NCBI GenBank assembly: GCA_014075295.1
Contig: CP046180.1
Span: 554,040-618,039 of the forward strand
DNA: 64,000 bases
Reading direction: 5' to 3'
DNA from: Candidatus Mycalebacterium zealandia
GTDB taxonomy: Bacteria; Desulfobacterota_D; UBA1144; Nemesobacterales; Mycalebacteriaceae
Shown: positions 7,363 to 18,578 of the stretch, piece by piece
Position numbering within the stretch: position 1 is the first letter of the stretch
Layout: every line of letters starts with the position of its first letter
Notes under the pieces: model-generated
Seen by the model: the letters and a program-made list of their open reading frames with translations, nothing else
Told to the model about the DNA's origin: nothing
Databases searched by the model: none
Translations under genes and position numbers: made by a program

Positions 7363-9375
7363 TTGAGCGGCTTCAAACTTCACAGTGAATTCACACCCGC
7401 CGGCGGGCAGCCCGAAGCGATAGAACAGATTGTTTCGCGACTTGAAGACGGTATTTCAGATCAGGTTCTGCTCGGTGTAACCGGTAGCGGGAAAACCTTC
7501 ACAATCGCCAACGCCATCGCGCGCGCGAACCGCCCCGCGCTTATTCTCGCGCATAATAAAATCCTCGCGGCTCAACTCTACGGCGAGTTCCGTGAGCTGT
7601 TTCCCGACAACGCCGTTCACTACTTCATCAGTTATTACGACTACTATCAGCCCGAAGCGTATATTCCTCACAGCAACACATACATTGAGAAAGATGTCGC
7701 GATTAATGATCACATAGACAAAATGCGCCACGCGGCAACCACCGCGCTTTTTGAGCGGCGCGACATTGTTGTTGTGGCGAGCGTGAGCGCGATTTACGGC
7801 ATTGGCGCGCCGGAGGACTACTATGGAATGATGAATTTTATTGAGGTTGGCGCGAGAACGGAAAGGGACGTTTTTCTGTCAAAACTCGCCGATATTCAAT
7901 ACAAGCGGAGCAATGACGCTCTTGAAAGGGGCGCCTTCAGGGTTCGCGGCGATGTTGTTGAAGTTATGCCTTCGCACGGCGATAACGAAGTGGTGAGAGT
8001 TGAGTTTTTCGGTGATGAGGTTGATTCCGTGAACGTGATTGACCATGAAACGGGCTCGGTTGTACGAGCGATTGAGAAAGCGTCTTTTTATCCGGCGTCT
8101 CACTATGTCGCGCCCAGAGACAAAATGCTTGCCGCCGTGGACGCAATTAAGTCGGAGTTGGACGAAAGGGTTGAATACTTCGGGGCGCGCTCAATGTCTG
8201 ATGAGAGAGACAGAATAGCCGAGCGCACACGCAGAGATATTGAGTTTCTTGAAACTATGGGCTTCTGCCCCGGAATAGAAAACTATTCGCGCCACCTCGC
8301 GGGCAGAAACGAAGGCGAGCCGCCGTTCACACTACTTGATTATTTTCCGGATGATTTCATCTGCGTGATAGACGAAAGCCACCAAACCGTTCCACAGATT
8401 CGCGGCATGCATGCGGGAGACAGAAGCCGCAAAAAAACGCTTGTTGAACATGGCTTCCGGCTTCCGTCCGCGATTGACAACCGTCCGCTCAATTTTGAGG
8501 AGTTCACGGAGAAGAAAGGGCAGACAATTTATGTTTCGGCGACTCCGGCGGAGTATGAAATTGAAAAATCGCTTGGGCAGGTGGCGGAACAGATGATCCG
8601 TCCCACGGGGCTTGCCGACCCGGATGTGGAGGTCAGGCCCGCGCGCGGACAGGTTGACGATTTGCTCGGCGAAATCCGTAAAGTCGCAAACGCGGGTGAG
8701 CGGGTTCTTATTTCCACACTCACAAAGAAAATGGCTGAGGATTTAACCGATTATTACAGAGACGCGGGCGTGCGGGTGCGCTATATGCATTCGGAAATTG
8801 AGACTCTTGAGCGGGTTCGCATAATTCACGATTTGCGCTCCGGTGAGTTTGACGCGCTTGTGGGAATCAACCTTCTGCGCGAGGGGCTGGACATTCCCGA
8901 AGTCGCTCTGTTCGCTGTGCTTGATGCGGACAGGGAGGGGTATTTGCGCAGTGAAACATCTTTGATTCAGATGTTCGGCAGAGCCGCGAGGAACATAAAA
9001 GGCAGAGTAATAATGTACGGCGATGAGGTAACGGGCTCAATGAAAGCGGCGATGAACGAAACTGAACGGCGCAGAGAAATCCAGACTCAATACAATAAAG
9101 ATAACGGCATAACGCCATCCGCGATAAGAAAAAACCTTCAAGGCGCGATGGGGCTTGTATGTGAGGCGGACTATGTTGACGCTTCGGCCGAAGCGGTTTT
9201 GTCCGGTGAAATCGCGCCGGAAGAGATTCCGGGCACGATTAAGTCGCTCACCCGAAAGATGAAAAAAAGCGCGAAAGACCTAGAGTTTGAGAAGGCGGCA
9301 TCTTTAAAAAAACGCATCAAAAAACTCAAAGATATGGAAGCGGAATATATCGCCGGAATGAAAAACCACCGCTGA
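7363..9375 (+). CDS. uvrB: excinuclease ABC subunit B
   Basis: 670 aa with a TTG start. Has GGQPEAIEQI, Walker A GVTGSGKT, helicase motifs and a C-terminal UVR domain. Confidence 0.9.
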   Translation: MSGFKLHSEFTPAGGQPEAIEQIVSRLEDGISDQVLLGVTGSGKTFTIANAIARANRPALILAHNKILAAQLYGEFRELFPDNAVHYFISYYDYYQPEAYIPHSNTYIEKDVAINDHIDKMRHAATTALFERRDIVVVASVSAIYGIGAPEDYYGMMNFIEVGARTERDVFLSKLADIQYKRSNDALERGAFRVRGDVVEVMPSHGDNEVVRVEFFGDEVDSVNVIDHETGSVVRAIEKASFYPASHYVAPRDKMLAAVDAIKSELDERVEYFGARSMSDERDRIAERTRRDIEFLETMGFCPGIENYSRHLAGRNEGEPPFTLLDYFPDDFICVIDESHQTVPQIRGMHAGDRSRKKTLVEHGFRLPSAIDNRPLNFEEFTEKKGQTIYVSATPAEYEIEKSLGQVAEQMIRPTGLADPDVEVRPARGQVDDLLGEIRKVANAGERVLISTLTKKMAEDLTDYYRDAGVRVRYMHSEIETLERVRIIHDLRSGEFDALVGINLLREGLDIPEVALFAVLDADREGYLRSETSLIQMFGRAARNIKGRVIMYGDEVTGSMKAAMNETERRREIQTQYNKDNGITPSAIRKNLQGAMGLVCEADYVDASAEAVLSGEIAPEEIPGTIKSLTRKMKKSAKDLEFEKAASLKKRIKKLKDMEAEYIAGMKNHR

Positions 9376-9471
9376 ACCGCCGCGTTTTCTGGTTCGCAAG
9401 CCCGCATACCTTGCTTAAAACCCCGTTTCTCTGTAAAATGCCCGTGTTAGACAGCTACTGGTTTTTGCAGA

Positions 9472-9498
9472 AGCGGGCTTCCGAGCCCGCTTTTGTTT
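9472..9498 (+). terminator. intrinsic terminator downstream of uvrB
   Basis: AGCGGGCT-TCCG-AGCCCGCT hairpin followed by TTTTGTTT. Confidence 0.5.
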
Positions 9499-9515
9499 GG
9501 TAGCGGGAAGAAATT

Positions 9516-10007
9516 ATGCAAAACCGTATTGAAACACGGGCGGATGCTGACAGGGGCGGAACAGCCGCCAGACTATCTAAAGTCGTTGAGAGGGTTATTG
9601 CGCCGAGTCCACTGGAACTTGTGGATTTGCGCCTTGCCGGAGGCGGAAAGGTGTCTGTTTTTGTTGATAAACCGGGCGGGGTCAACATCGCTGAATGCGC
9701 TGACCTCAGCAGAGAGATAGGTGTTTTGATAGATATTGAGGAGATTATGCAATCTCCGTACACCCTTGAAGTGTCATCTCCGGGGGTGGAGAGACCGCTT
9801 ACAAAACCCACTGACTACGACAGATTCAGCGGCAGAAGGGCAAAGGTCAGAACGAAAGACGCCCTTGAAGGACGCAGGGTTTTTACGGGGCGTATAGAAG
9901 GAATTGAGAGCGGTTTTGTAAAACTGCTCGACGAGGAGTCGGACGGAGAAGTTTTTTCAATACCTTTTGACGGCATTGAAAAGGCAAATCTGAAACGGGA
10001 GTTGTAA
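9516..10007 (+). CDS. rimP: ribosome maturation factor RimP
   Basis: YTLEVSSPGVERPLTKPTDYDRFSGRRAKV and its position immediately upstream of nusA. Confidence 0.8.
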   Translation: MQNRIETRADADRGGTAARLSKVVERVIAPSPLELVDLRLAGGGKVSVFVDKPGGVNIAECADLSREIGVLIDIEEIMQSPYTLEVSSPGVERPLTKPTDYDRFSGRRAKVRTKDALEGRRVFTGRIEGIESGFVKLLDEESDGEVFSIPFDGIEKANLKREL

Positions 10008-10008
10008 A

Positions 10009-11511
10009 ATGTCGACGGAACTGAACAGAGTCATTGAGACGGTGGTTAAGGAGAAGAATCTCCAGAAAGAGGAAGTTGTCAAAGCCATTGAAGACGCAGT
10101 TATAAGCGCGGTTGAGAGCATCTCAAAGAAGGACTATGAAGAAAGCGGTTTTGAGGTTCAATACAACTACGAAGACGGCGTTGTGGAACTTTTTCGCTAC
10201 AAGGATGTTCTCGTTGAAGTGTCCGATCCCGCAACGCAGATAGAGATTAGCGAGGCAAGGGACCTTGACCCTGAAGTTGAAGAAGGCGAGGAAATCGGCG
10301 TAATGGTCTGGACTTCGGACACCATGGCGGACGTTAACGACTCTGAGAACAACGATGGAATGTTTTCCCACGAAGGGTTCACGCGTGTTGCGATTCACAA
10401 CGCGAAACAGAAAATCCTGCAGAAGGTCAGGGAAGCCGAAGGCAGGGTTACTTATGAGGAGTTCATAAATTACAAAGGGCGGCTCGTGAACGGGGTTGTC
10501 AGGCGGATTGAGAGGAGAACTCTTGTAATTGACCTCGGCAGAGCCGAAGCAATTTTGCCGTATTCGCACAAAGCCCCAAAAGAGTTTTACGAGCCAAAAG
10601 ACCGTATAAAGGCGCTTCTGCTTGAAATTGACACGGAAAAAAGAGTGCCGCGTCTCATACTTTCTCGCATCTCGCCGGATTTCGTCAAACGGCTTTTTGA
10701 GGGCGAAGTTCCCGAAATCGCGGACGGCATAATTGAAATTAAAGCCATTGCGCGCGATCCCGGTTCAAGGATGAAAATCGCGGTTTATTCGCACGATCCC
10801 GATGTTGACCCCGTTGGCGCGTGCGTGGGCATACGCGGCGCGAGGGTTCAGAATCTGATTCAGGAATTGCAGGGCGAAAAGATAGACATTGTGCCGTGGT
10901 CGGCAAACTTGGGGCGTTTTGTTTCGGACGCGCTTTCCCCAGCGGTTGTGAACAAAGTCATCATTGACGAAGCGGCTAACCAAATGGAAGTGGTTGTTGA
11001 TGAAGACCAGCTTACGCTCGCCATAGGACGCGGAGGACAGAATGTGCGCCTCGCGTCAAACCTGACCGGCTGGAAAATAGATATCAAAACCGAAGAGCAG
11101 ATGAAGAAGGAGAAAGACCAGTCGCTCGCGATGCTCAACACCCTTCCGGGAATTGGTCATGTGTCGGCAACTCTTCTTTTTAACGAGGGCTTCCGCACGC
11201 TTGAAGATATTGTGTTCGCCGATTCGGAAAACATAAAAACTGTTCTCAAAGAGATGGGTGATAAAGAGGTTGAGGAGATAATTGCATTCGCGCGAGTGGC
11301 ATTTCAGGAAAGCGTGAAGGAGCAGACCGAGCAACAGGCGTCCGAACCTGTTACGGAGTCCGAAGCCGCGCAAGAGCCGGTTGAGCAGGCGTCTGAACCC
11401 GAATCCAAACCCGAAACGGAAACGGAAGTAACCGAAGAGCAACCCGAACAATCGTCCGAGTCCGCCGAAGAAACCGAAGTAAAACCGGAGGAAGACGGGC
11501 AGTCCTCATAA
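10009..11511 (+). CDS. nusA: transcription termination/antitermination factor NusA with acidic C-terminal extension
   Basis: S1 and KH domains (GRGGQNVRLASNLTGWKIDI). The last 60 aa are an E/S/P/T-rich low-complexity tail. Confidence 0.9.
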   Translation: MSTELNRVIETVVKEKNLQKEEVVKAIEDAVISAVESISKKDYEESGFEVQYNYEDGVVELFRYKDVLVEVSDPATQIEISEARDLDPEVEEGEEIGVMVWTSDTMADVNDSENNDGMFSHEGFTRVAIHNAKQKILQKVREAEGRVTYEEFINYKGRLVNGVVRRIERRTLVIDLGRAEAILPYSHKAPKEFYEPKDRIKALLLEIDTEKRVPRLILSRISPDFVKRLFEGEVPEIADGIIEIKAIARDPGSRMKIAVYSHDPDVDPVGACVGIRGARVQNLIQELQGEKIDIVPWSANLGRFVSDALSPAVVNKVIIDEAANQMEVVVDEDQLTLAIGRGGQNVRLASNLTGWKIDIKTEEQMKKEKDQSLAMLNTLPGIGHVSATLLFNEGFRTLEDIVFADSENIKTVLKEMGDKEVEEIIAFARVAFQESVKEQTEQQASEPVTESEAAQEPVEQASEPESKPETETEVTEEQPEQSSESAEETEVKPEEDGQSS

Positions 11512-11526
11512 CGCGTCGCATCCAAG

Positions 11527-13881
11527 ATGAAGCCAACAAGAGTGCACGAACTGGCTAAGGAACTCGGTGTTTCCAGCAAAGAGGTTATGGTGGCCGCCAA
11601 TGATATGGGCGTCAACCTTTCAACCGCATCAAATACGGTGGATTTGGAGACCGTTGAAAAACTCAGACGTGCCTTTTCCTCTTCGTCCAAAGATGATAAG
11701 GACGGCGAGGATTCTTCCAAAAATGAGATAAAGGTCGTCAAATCCAAATCCGGAGATGTTACCGAAACCAGAGGCGCAAAGAGGGTTGTAAGGCGCAGAA
11801 AGAAACAGGAAAAGCGCGAAGAGGAAGAGAGCGCCGCGCCTGAGGCCGAAGCCGAAACTGAGAAAACCTCCGCCCAGACTAAGTCCGCGCCACAAGAAAA
11901 AGCCGAAAAAGAAAAGCCCACCCCGCCCGATCCTGAAAAGGAGCAACTCGCGCGGCAGATTCAAGATTCGCTCGCGCCGAAACTTGTCGTCAAAAAAAAG
12001 GAATACGTTGTTGACGAAAAAAGTTTCCGTAGAAAACAGGATATCAGACGGAAAAAACTGCCTCACCATCACAGCTCTTCCGCCGCCAAACAGGTGAAGG
12101 ATTATCCGCCGGTCAGCAAAAAAAGCGTCAAAATCGGCGAAACCATAACGCTTGAGGAACTCGCGCGCAGAATGGATGTGAAACTGCGCGATGTGAGGGG
12201 AAAGGCTAAAAGCATCGGACTGAACGCCTCTCCGAAGGATTCCATTGATTATGAGACCGCCACGCTTGTCGCCGCCGAATACGGGCTTGAGGTTGATGTT
12301 GACAGGTTTGATGAAGCGGTGTTTCTGGATGACAAAGATGCGGGTTTCTCGGACGAGGCTCCGCGCCCTCCGGTTGTCAGCGTTATGGGGCATGTTGACC
12401 ACGGAAAAACGACCCTTCTTGACAACCTGCGCAAATCAAATGTGGCTTTGGGAGAGGCGGGTGGAATCACACAGCATATTGGCGCGTATAAAGTTTCTTC
12501 GGGGAACGGAACGGTTGTTTTCATTGACACGCCGGGGCACGAGTCTTTCACTTCAATGCGGGCGCGTGGCGCAAAAATCAACGATATGGCGATTCTTGTA
12601 GTTGCCGCCGATGACGGAGTGAAAGCGCAGACTATTGAGGCGATAAATCACGCCAAAGCTGCGGACGTGCCTGCTATTGTGGCGATTAACAAAATTGACA
12701 AAGACGCCGCCGACTCCGAAAACGTGAAAAGACAGCTTTCCGAGCATGGGCTTGTTACCGAAGAATGGGGAGGCGACACGCTTTTTGTTGAAATCTCGGC
12801 AAAGACGGGGCAGGGACTTAAAGAGTTGCTGGAACTGCTTCTTCTTCAAGCCGATATTCTTGAACTCAGAGCGCCGCAAAAAGGGCTTGCCAGAGGGATT
12901 GTTCTTGAATCGCGGCTTGACAAAGGACGCGGCGCGCTTGCCAATGTGATTGTTACAAAAGGTGATTTGAAAGTAGGCGACTATGTTGTAGCGGGGCTTT
13001 TCAGCGGAAAGGTCAAGGCTCTTTCGGATGAGAACGGCGCAAAACTCAAAAGCGCGGGACCGTCAATTCCTGTTGAGGTTATGGGGCTGTCAGGCGTGCC
13101 GGAAGCGGGCGAAAATCTTTACGTTCTGCGCGATGAGAAAACAGCGCGGGCGATAATTGAAAACAGGAAGCTGGTGCTGGGGCAGAGCGAAGCGCCTCAG
13201 GTTCCGCATGTGTCTCAGATTTCCTTTGACGCCCTTGAGGATGCGGAGCAGGAAGCGGAGAACTCCGCCAAGGAGTTGTCTATCATAATCAAATCAGATA
13301 CCCGAGGCACGGTTGAAGCGATTAAGGATTCCATTGATAAGATTGATCAGGACAAATGCTCGGTCAAAATCGTTCATTCCGGTGTTGGCGGCATAAGCGG
13401 CACCGATGTTGAACTTGCCAATGTTACAAACGCGTCAATTCTCGGTTTTAACGTCCGTCCGGACTCAAAAGCCGCTTCGGACGCCTCGGAGAACGGGATT
13501 CTGGTTGAGACATATCCGGTTGTATATGAGTTGATTGACAGGATAAAACGGATTATGGAGGGTCTGCTTGACCCGCTGGTTGAGGAGGAAACGCTTGGCC
13601 ACGCGCGTGTTATGGAGATTTTCCGCATGTCCGGGCAGAGGGCAATCGCGGGCTGTTTTGTTGATGACGGCAAGGTGTTGAGGGGCGAAAACATCAGGGT
13701 TGTGCGCGACGGTTCGGTGGTTTACGAAAGCAAGGTCGGCTCTCTCAAAAGGTTCAAAGACGATGTGAAAGAGGTGCAGTCGGGCTTTGAATGCGGTCTT
13801 ACAATAGAAAATTTCAGTGATGTGAAAGTGGGCGATGTGCTTGAAGTCTATCTAGTGAAGGAGACTGCGCAGCAGTTATAG
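11527..13881 (+). CDS. infB: translation initiation factor IF-2
   Basis: 784 aa. Lys/Glu-rich N-terminal linker and G-domain [12 protein letters not shown]...DTPGHE...NKID. Confidence 0.9.
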   Translation: MKPTRVHELAKELGVSSKEVMVAANDMGVNLSTASNTVDLETVEKLRRAFSSSSKDDKDGEDSSKNEIKVVKSKSGDVTETRGAKRVVRRRKKQEKREEEESAAPEAEAETEKTSAQTKSAPQEKAEKEKPTPPDPEKEQLARQIQDSLAPKLVVKKKEYVVDEKSFRRKQDIRRKKLPHHHSSSAAKQVKDYPPVSKKSVKIGETITLEELARRMDVKLRDVRGKAKSIGLNASPKDSIDYETATLVAAEYGLEVDVDRFDEAVFLDDKDAGFSDEAPRPPVVSVMGHVDHGKTTLLDNLRKSNVALGEAGGITQHIGAYKVSSGNGTVVFIDTPGHESFTSMRARGAKINDMAILVVAADDGVKAQTIEAINHAKAADVPAIVAINKIDKDAADSENVKRQLSEHGLVTEEWGGDTLFVEISAKTGQGLKELLELLLLQADILELRAPQKGLARGIVLESRLDKGRGALANVIVTKGDLKVGDYVVAGLFSGKVKALSDENGAKLKSAGPSIPVEVMGLSGVPEAGENLYVLRDEKTARAIIENRKLVLGQSEAPQVPHVSQISFDALEDAEQEAENSAKELSIIIKSDTRGTVEAIKDSIDKIDQDKCSVKIVHSGVGGISGTDVELANVTNASILGFNVRPDSKAASDASENGILVETYPVVYELIDRIKRIMEGLLDPLVEEETLGHARVMEIFRMSGQRAIAGCFVDDGKVLRGENIRVVRDGSVVYESKVGSLKRFKDDVKEVQSGFECGLTIENFSDVKVGDVLEVYLVKETAQQL

Positions 13882-13887
13882 GACGGC

Positions 13888-14268
13888 GTGGCGGCGGGGT
13901 TTGTTTTGGGATCAAAGGGTCGCGAATTCAGTTACGAGAGACGCGAACGCGTAAAAGACCTTGTCTTCAGGGAGATAGCGCTAATAATGAGCGAGGGGAA
14001 CATCAAAGACACACGGGTCGCACGCGCCGTGATAACCCGTGTTTCAATGTCGAGGGACATGTCTTCCGCGAAAGTGTTTTTTACCCATCTCAAAGGCGGT
14101 TCGTCCGAACCAATGCTTGAGGGGCTGAACAAACTGTCAGGATTTTTCCGCAAACAGATAGCGTTGCGCCTCAATCTCAAAAAAGTCCCTTCAATAAAGT
14201 TTGAACCCGATGAGGTTCTGCTTTCCGCTCACAGGGTTGATGACATCATAAGGCGCTTTGACAGTTGA
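13888..14268 (+). CDS. rbfA: ribosome-binding factor A
   Basis: RbfA-like KH-fold sequence (RVARAVITRVSMSRDMSSAKVFFTHL) directly after infB. The exact start is uncertain. Confidence 0.75.
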   Translation: MAAGFVLGSKGREFSYERRERVKDLVFREIALIMSEGNIKDTRVARAVITRVSMSRDMSSAKVFFTHLKGGSSEPMLEGLNKLSGFFRKQIALRLNLKKVPSIKFEPDEVLLSAHRVDDIIRRFDS

Positions 14269-15248
14269 AATTTCCCGCTCAAATAAAGAAGATTTTTGAG
14301 AATGGAAGCAGTTTTCTGCTGACCTCTCACGAAAATCCTGATTCAGACGCTTTGGGCTCAATGCTCGCGCTCGCGAACTTGCTTGAATCGCTAGGCAAGT
14401 CCGTTTTTCTATATAACGCAAGCGCTACTCCTTCATTTCTTGAGTTTCTTCCGGGTTCGGAGAAGGTGCGGACAACGCTCACGGATACCCCTGAAAACGG
14501 TTTTGACGCACTTGTTGTTCTTGATTGCCCTGTGATTTCGCGCGCGGGCGCGGATTTTGAACGGTATGCCGGCGGGGCGGACTCCGAAGTTGTCATCATT
14601 GACCATCACACCGAGATGGAGGGCGGTGGCGGCGAAGTGAAATGGGTTGAAACCTCCGCGTCTGCAACGGGTGTTCTTGTTTATGAAATCTTCAAATTTT
14701 TCGGCGCTGAATTCACGCAACAGAGTGCGACTTGTGTTTTTGCCGCGATTTCGGGGGACACGGGCTCATTCAGGTTTTCCAACTCTACGGCGCAGTGTTT
14801 TGCCATAGCGTCCGAGATGGTTTCGCGCGGAGCCGATCCGCAGCGGATTTCAAGCGCGGTTTACGAAAACCAGTCCACCGGGAAAATGGACCTTCTCTCC
14901 CGCGTTCTGGGGAGTCTCAAGACAGATAAAACGGGAAAGATAGCGTGGGTTTGCGTTGACCGTGAAATGTTTGAAGCGACCGGAACAACAAATGAAGACA
15001 CTGAGGGAATGGTTGATTATCCGATGAGTTTGAAAGGGGTTGAGATTGCGATGTTTTTCAGGGAAACCTCAGCGCACGGGCAATCTCCGGCATGGAAGGG
15101 GAGCATAAGGTCGCGCGGCGATATTGACGTTTGCGCGGTGGCGGCAAAATTCGGTGGAGGCGGGCACAAAAATGCCGCGGGCTTCAATTTTGACGGCAAT
15201 TTTGATGGTGCAATCGGAAAAATACTCGGCGAGATAAAGTTGGCATGA
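14265..15248 (+). CDS. nrnA: DHH/DHHA1-family oligoribonuclease / pAp phosphatase (NrnA-like)
   Basis: LLTSHENPDSDALGS, the IIDHH motif and GGGHKNAAGF (DHHA1). Confidence 0.7.
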   Translation: MKFPAQIKKIFENGSSFLLTSHENPDSDALGSMLALANLLESLGKSVFLYNASATPSFLEFLPGSEKVRTTLTDTPENGFDALVVLDCPVISRAGADFERYAGGADSEVVIIDHHTEMEGGGGEVKWVETSASATGVLVYEIFKFFGAEFTQQSATCVFAAISGDTGSFRFSNSTAQCFAIASEMVSRGADPQRISSAVYENQSTGKMDLLSRVLGSLKTDKTGKIAWVCVDREMFEATGTTNEDTEGMVDYPMSLKGVEIAMFFRETSAHGQSPAWKGSIRSRGDIDVCAVAAKFGGGGHKNAAGFNFDGNFDGAIGKILGEIKLA

Positions 15249-16156
15249 ACGCGATAGTTGTAATTGACAAACCGGATGGCATTACCTCAAGCGATGTTGT
15301 GAACAGGGTTAAAAAAAACCTCAAAGTCCGCAAAGCCGGGCACACGGGCACGCTTGATAAATTTGCCACGGGTGTTCTCCCCGTCTGTCTGGGAGAGGCA
15401 ACAAAGGCTATTCCCCACCTTGACGAATCGTTCAAAGAGTATGAGGCGACAATGCGTTTGGGAGTCGCGACTGACACTTTTGACCTTTCCGGAAAAGTTA
15501 CGGGCGAAGGCGATGTTGGAAAAGTTTCGCGTAATGATATAATTTCACGCTTCAAGGAAAACACAGGAACTTTTTTGCAGATTCCGCCTATGTTTTCTGC
15601 GGTCAAGAAGAACGGGGTGAGGCTTTCAGAGATTGCCCGACTTGGCAAGGAGGTTGAGAGGAACGCCAGAACGGTAACGGTTGAGTCTCTGGAATTACTT
15701 GAGTTTTCACCGCCTCTGGTAAGGTTTTCCGTAAAATGCTCGCGCGGAACTTATGTCAGGGCGCTGGCGTCTGAAATGGGAGAAACTCTCGGTTGTATGG
15801 CTCATCTGGTTCAGCTCAGGCGGCTCGGCAGCGGAAAGTTTTCCATTAAAGAATCAGCGACTTTGCAAGACCTTGAAGCCGGGAATTTTACTTTGATAAG
15901 TGTTGATGGTGCTCTTTCGCATATGAAATCGGTTCGCATAGACGAAGATGCCGCACGAATTGTCGGTAGCGGCGGTTTTTTGAGTGCAACGCATCTGTCC
16001 GGATGCGGTTGCGATTTCCGCAAGGGAGATGTTGTGAAATTGATGAGAAACGGCGCGGTGGCATCCATAGCGGAATTTGTGGCGGACGCGCGTGAAGTTG
16101 AAAATTTGAAAGACGTGCCGGTGCTAAAACAGATAAGGGTGTTCGGTTCGCATTAA
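15245..16156 (+). CDS. truB: tRNA pseudouridine(55) synthase
   Basis: TruB catalytic region GHTGTLDKFATGVLPVCLGEATK. Operon position. Confidence 0.85.
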   Translation: MNAIVVIDKPDGITSSDVVNRVKKNLKVRKAGHTGTLDKFATGVLPVCLGEATKAIPHLDESFKEYEATMRLGVATDTFDLSGKVTGEGDVGKVSRNDIISRFKENTGTFLQIPPMFSAVKKNGVRLSEIARLGKEVERNARTVTVESLELLEFSPPLVRFSVKCSRGTYVRALASEMGETLGCMAHLVQLRRLGSGKFSIKESATLQDLEAGNFTLISVDGALSHMKSVRIDEDAARIVGSGGFLSATHLSGCGCDFRKGDVVKLMRNGAVASIAEFVADAREVENLKDVPVLKQIRVFGSH

Positions 16157-16178
16157 AAAAAATCGGAGGATTTTTAAA

Positions 16179-16448
16179 TTGGCTTTGGACAAAGATGAAA
16201 AACAGAAGGTTATCGCGGAGTTCTCGGAAAAACCCGGAGATGTAGGTTCTTCCACAGTGCAGATTGGCATACTTTCCAAAAGGATAGAGCAGATATCCGC
16301 CCATACGGGCAAAATGAAGAAAGATTTTCACTCGCGCAGGGGGCTTGTGAGACTTGTGGCGAAAAGAAGAAAACTGCTGAACTACCTGAAAAGTTCAGAC
16401 CCCCGCAAATATGCCGAGTTGATTAACAAACTCGGACTCAGGCATTAA
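16179..16448 (+). CDS. rpsO: 30S ribosomal protein S15
   Basis: 89 aa. TTG start with RBS GGAGGA. Typical S15 sequence. Confidence 0.9.
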   Translation: MALDKDEKQKVIAEFSEKPGDVGSSTVQIGILSKRIEQISAHTGKMKKDFHSRRGLVRLVAKRRKLLNYLKSSDPRKYAELINKLGLRH

Positions 16449-16475
16449 TTAAGAGTGAATTGGAGGATTATTAAT

Positions 16476-18578
16476 TTGACACACAAAACAGTTGAAAAAA
16501 CACTTTTCGGCTCAAGCTACAAAATGGAGACCGGAAAGATGGCGAAACAGTCAAGCGGCTCGGTTTTAATGAGCTGTTCAGACACCGTTGTTCTTGCCAC
16601 CGTAGTCGCGGAAAGCGAAAAAATCAATGAAGATTTTCTCCCGCTGACCGTGAACTATCAGGAAAAAACATACGCTGCGGGAAAAATTCCCGGCGGATTT
16701 TTCAGAAGGGAAGGAAGACCCAGCGAACAGGAAATTCTTACTTCGCGGCTGATAGACCGCTCAATCAGGCCCCTTATCACAAAGAAGTTCACCTATTCCA
16801 CTCAGGTGATGATTACCGTTCTTTCGGCGGATTCAACAACGGACCCCGGAGTGCTTTCAGCGACTGCCGCTTCAGCCGCTCTGGTTCTTTCGGATGTGCC
16901 GTTTGAAGGACCCATCGCCGGAGTGAAAGTTGGAAGAATAGGCGGGCAGTTGGTCTGTAATCCCTCATACGAGGATCTTGAATCAAGCGACATGGAGATT
17001 GTGGTTACGGGAACAAAAGACGCGATTGTAATGGTTGAAGGCGGAGCGAATGAGGTTCCCGAACCGGACATGATTGACGCGCTTATGTTTGCTCACGAAC
17101 GCATAAAGGAGCTTGTAAGTATGCAGGAGGAGCTTGCTTCAGACATTGCCGCCGAAAAACGCGTTCTTGACGAGGGCGATCCGTCGGCGGATGAAGCGGT
17201 TGCTTCGGCGGTCTCGGCTTTCGCGTCGGAGCGTCTTAAAGACGCGGTTGTCAAACCGTCCAAGGAGGAGCGCCGTGAAGAAATAGGAAAACTGCGTGCT
17301 GAAACGGTTGAGGCGATCGGGCGTGATTTCCCCAAAAGCGAAGGGCGCATCTCAAACGCTTTTGACAAAGCCACCAAAGAGTGCGTCCGCTCTTTGATTG
17401 TGAATGAAGGCATACGTCCGGATTCACGCGACCATAAAACCATCCGCGACATAGATTCACAGGTGAGGCTTCTTCCCCGTTCTCATGGCTCCGCGCTTTT
17501 CACTCGCGGCGAAACTCAGGCGCTTGTAGCCACAACGCTCGGAACTTCATATTACGAGCAGAGGATTGATTCTCTTGAAGGCGATTTGAAGAAAAGTTTT
17601 ATGCTTCATTACAATTTCCCGCCGTATTCTGTGGGCGAGACGAGTTTCCGTCTCGCTCCCGGGCGCAGGGAGATAGGGCACGGCGCGCTGGCGGAAAGGG
17701 CGGTAAAACCGCTTCTTCCCTCAAAAGAAGATTTTCCCTACACAATCAGGGTTGTTTCGGAAATTCTTGAATCAAATGGCTCGTCCTCAATGGCGACCGT
17801 TTGCGGCGCTTCAATGTCTCTTATGGATGCTGGTGTTCCTCTTCGCGCCGCCGTTGGCGGAATAGCGATGGGGCTTATAAAAGAAGGGGACAAACTCGTC
17901 ATTCTGTCGGACATTCTCGGCGATGAAGACCATTTGGGCGACATGGATTTCAAAGTTGCCGGAACGGAGAGCGGGATTACCGCATTGCAGATGGACATTA
18001 AAATAGACGGTGTTACGAAGGAAATTCTCTCAGACGCTCTTATGCAGGCGAAAGAAGCACGGCTTCACGTGCTTGCCGAGATGGGCAAAACAATCAGCGC
18101 GTCCAGTTCGGATATTTCCGCCCACGCCCCGCGCATAATGTCAATTAAAATTCATCCCGACAAAATACGCGATGTAATTGGTTCGGGCGGCAAGGTGATA
18201 AACAAACTCATTGAAGAAACCGGCGCTCAGATAGACATTCAGGACGACGGGAAAGTGCTTATTTCCTCTCCGGACAAGGAGTCATGCGAGATGGCAATTA
18301 ATCGCATAGAAAAAATCATTGAGGAGATAGAGCCCGGGAAAATATATTTCGGCAAGGTCAAGCGGTTGCTTGATTTCGGCGCGATTGTGGAGATGGACAA
18401 CGGCAGAGACGGGCTTGTGCACATTTCCGAGTTGGAAGAGGGAAGAGTTGAAAAGGTTACCGATGTTGTGAATGAGGGCGATGAGCTTCTCGTCAAGTGT
18501 ATTTCAAAAGAGAGAGACGGCAAGATACGGCTCAGCCGCAGGGAAGCGCTGGGAGAAAATATAGAGGATTACAGATAA
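16476..18578 (+). CDS. pnp: polynucleotide phosphorylase
   Basis: TTG at 16476 preceded by GGAGG. Two RNase PH domains plus KH and S1 domains. Confidence 0.9.
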   Translation: MTHKTVEKTLFGSSYKMETGKMAKQSSGSVLMSCSDTVVLATVVAESEKINEDFLPLTVNYQEKTYAAGKIPGGFFRREGRPSEQEILTSRLIDRSIRPLITKKFTYSTQVMITVLSADSTTDPGVLSATAASAALVLSDVPFEGPIAGVKVGRIGGQLVCNPSYEDLESSDMEIVVTGTKDAIVMVEGGANEVPEPDMIDALMFAHERIKELVSMQEELASDIAAEKRVLDEGDPSADEAVASAVSAFASERLKDAVVKPSKEERREEIGKLRAETVEAIGRDFPKSEGRISNAFDKATKECVRSLIVNEGIRPDSRDHKTIRDIDSQVRLLPRSHGSALFTRGETQALVATTLGTSYYEQRIDSLEGDLKKSFMLHYNFPPYSVGETSFRLAPGRREIGHGALAERAVKPLLPSKEDFPYTIRVVSEILESNGSSSMATVCGASMSLMDAGVPLRAAVGGIAMGLIKEGDKLVILSDILGDEDHLGDMDFKVAGTESGITALQMDIKIDGVTKEILSDALMQAKEARLHVLAEMGKTISASSSDISAHAPRIMSIKIHPDKIRDVIGSGGKVINKLIEETGAQIDIQDDGKVLISSPDKESCEMAINRIEKIIEEIEPGKIYFGKVKRLLDFGAIVEMDNGRDGLVHISELEEGRVEKVTDVVNEGDELLVKCISKERDGKIRLSRREALGENIEDYR

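Noticed and set aside
11304-11921. 205-aa minus-strand ORF rich in Ser/Cys/Asp antisense to the nusA tail and infB start
   Set aside because: It is a mirror of the low-complexity acidic region on the coding strand. Both sense genes are conserved.
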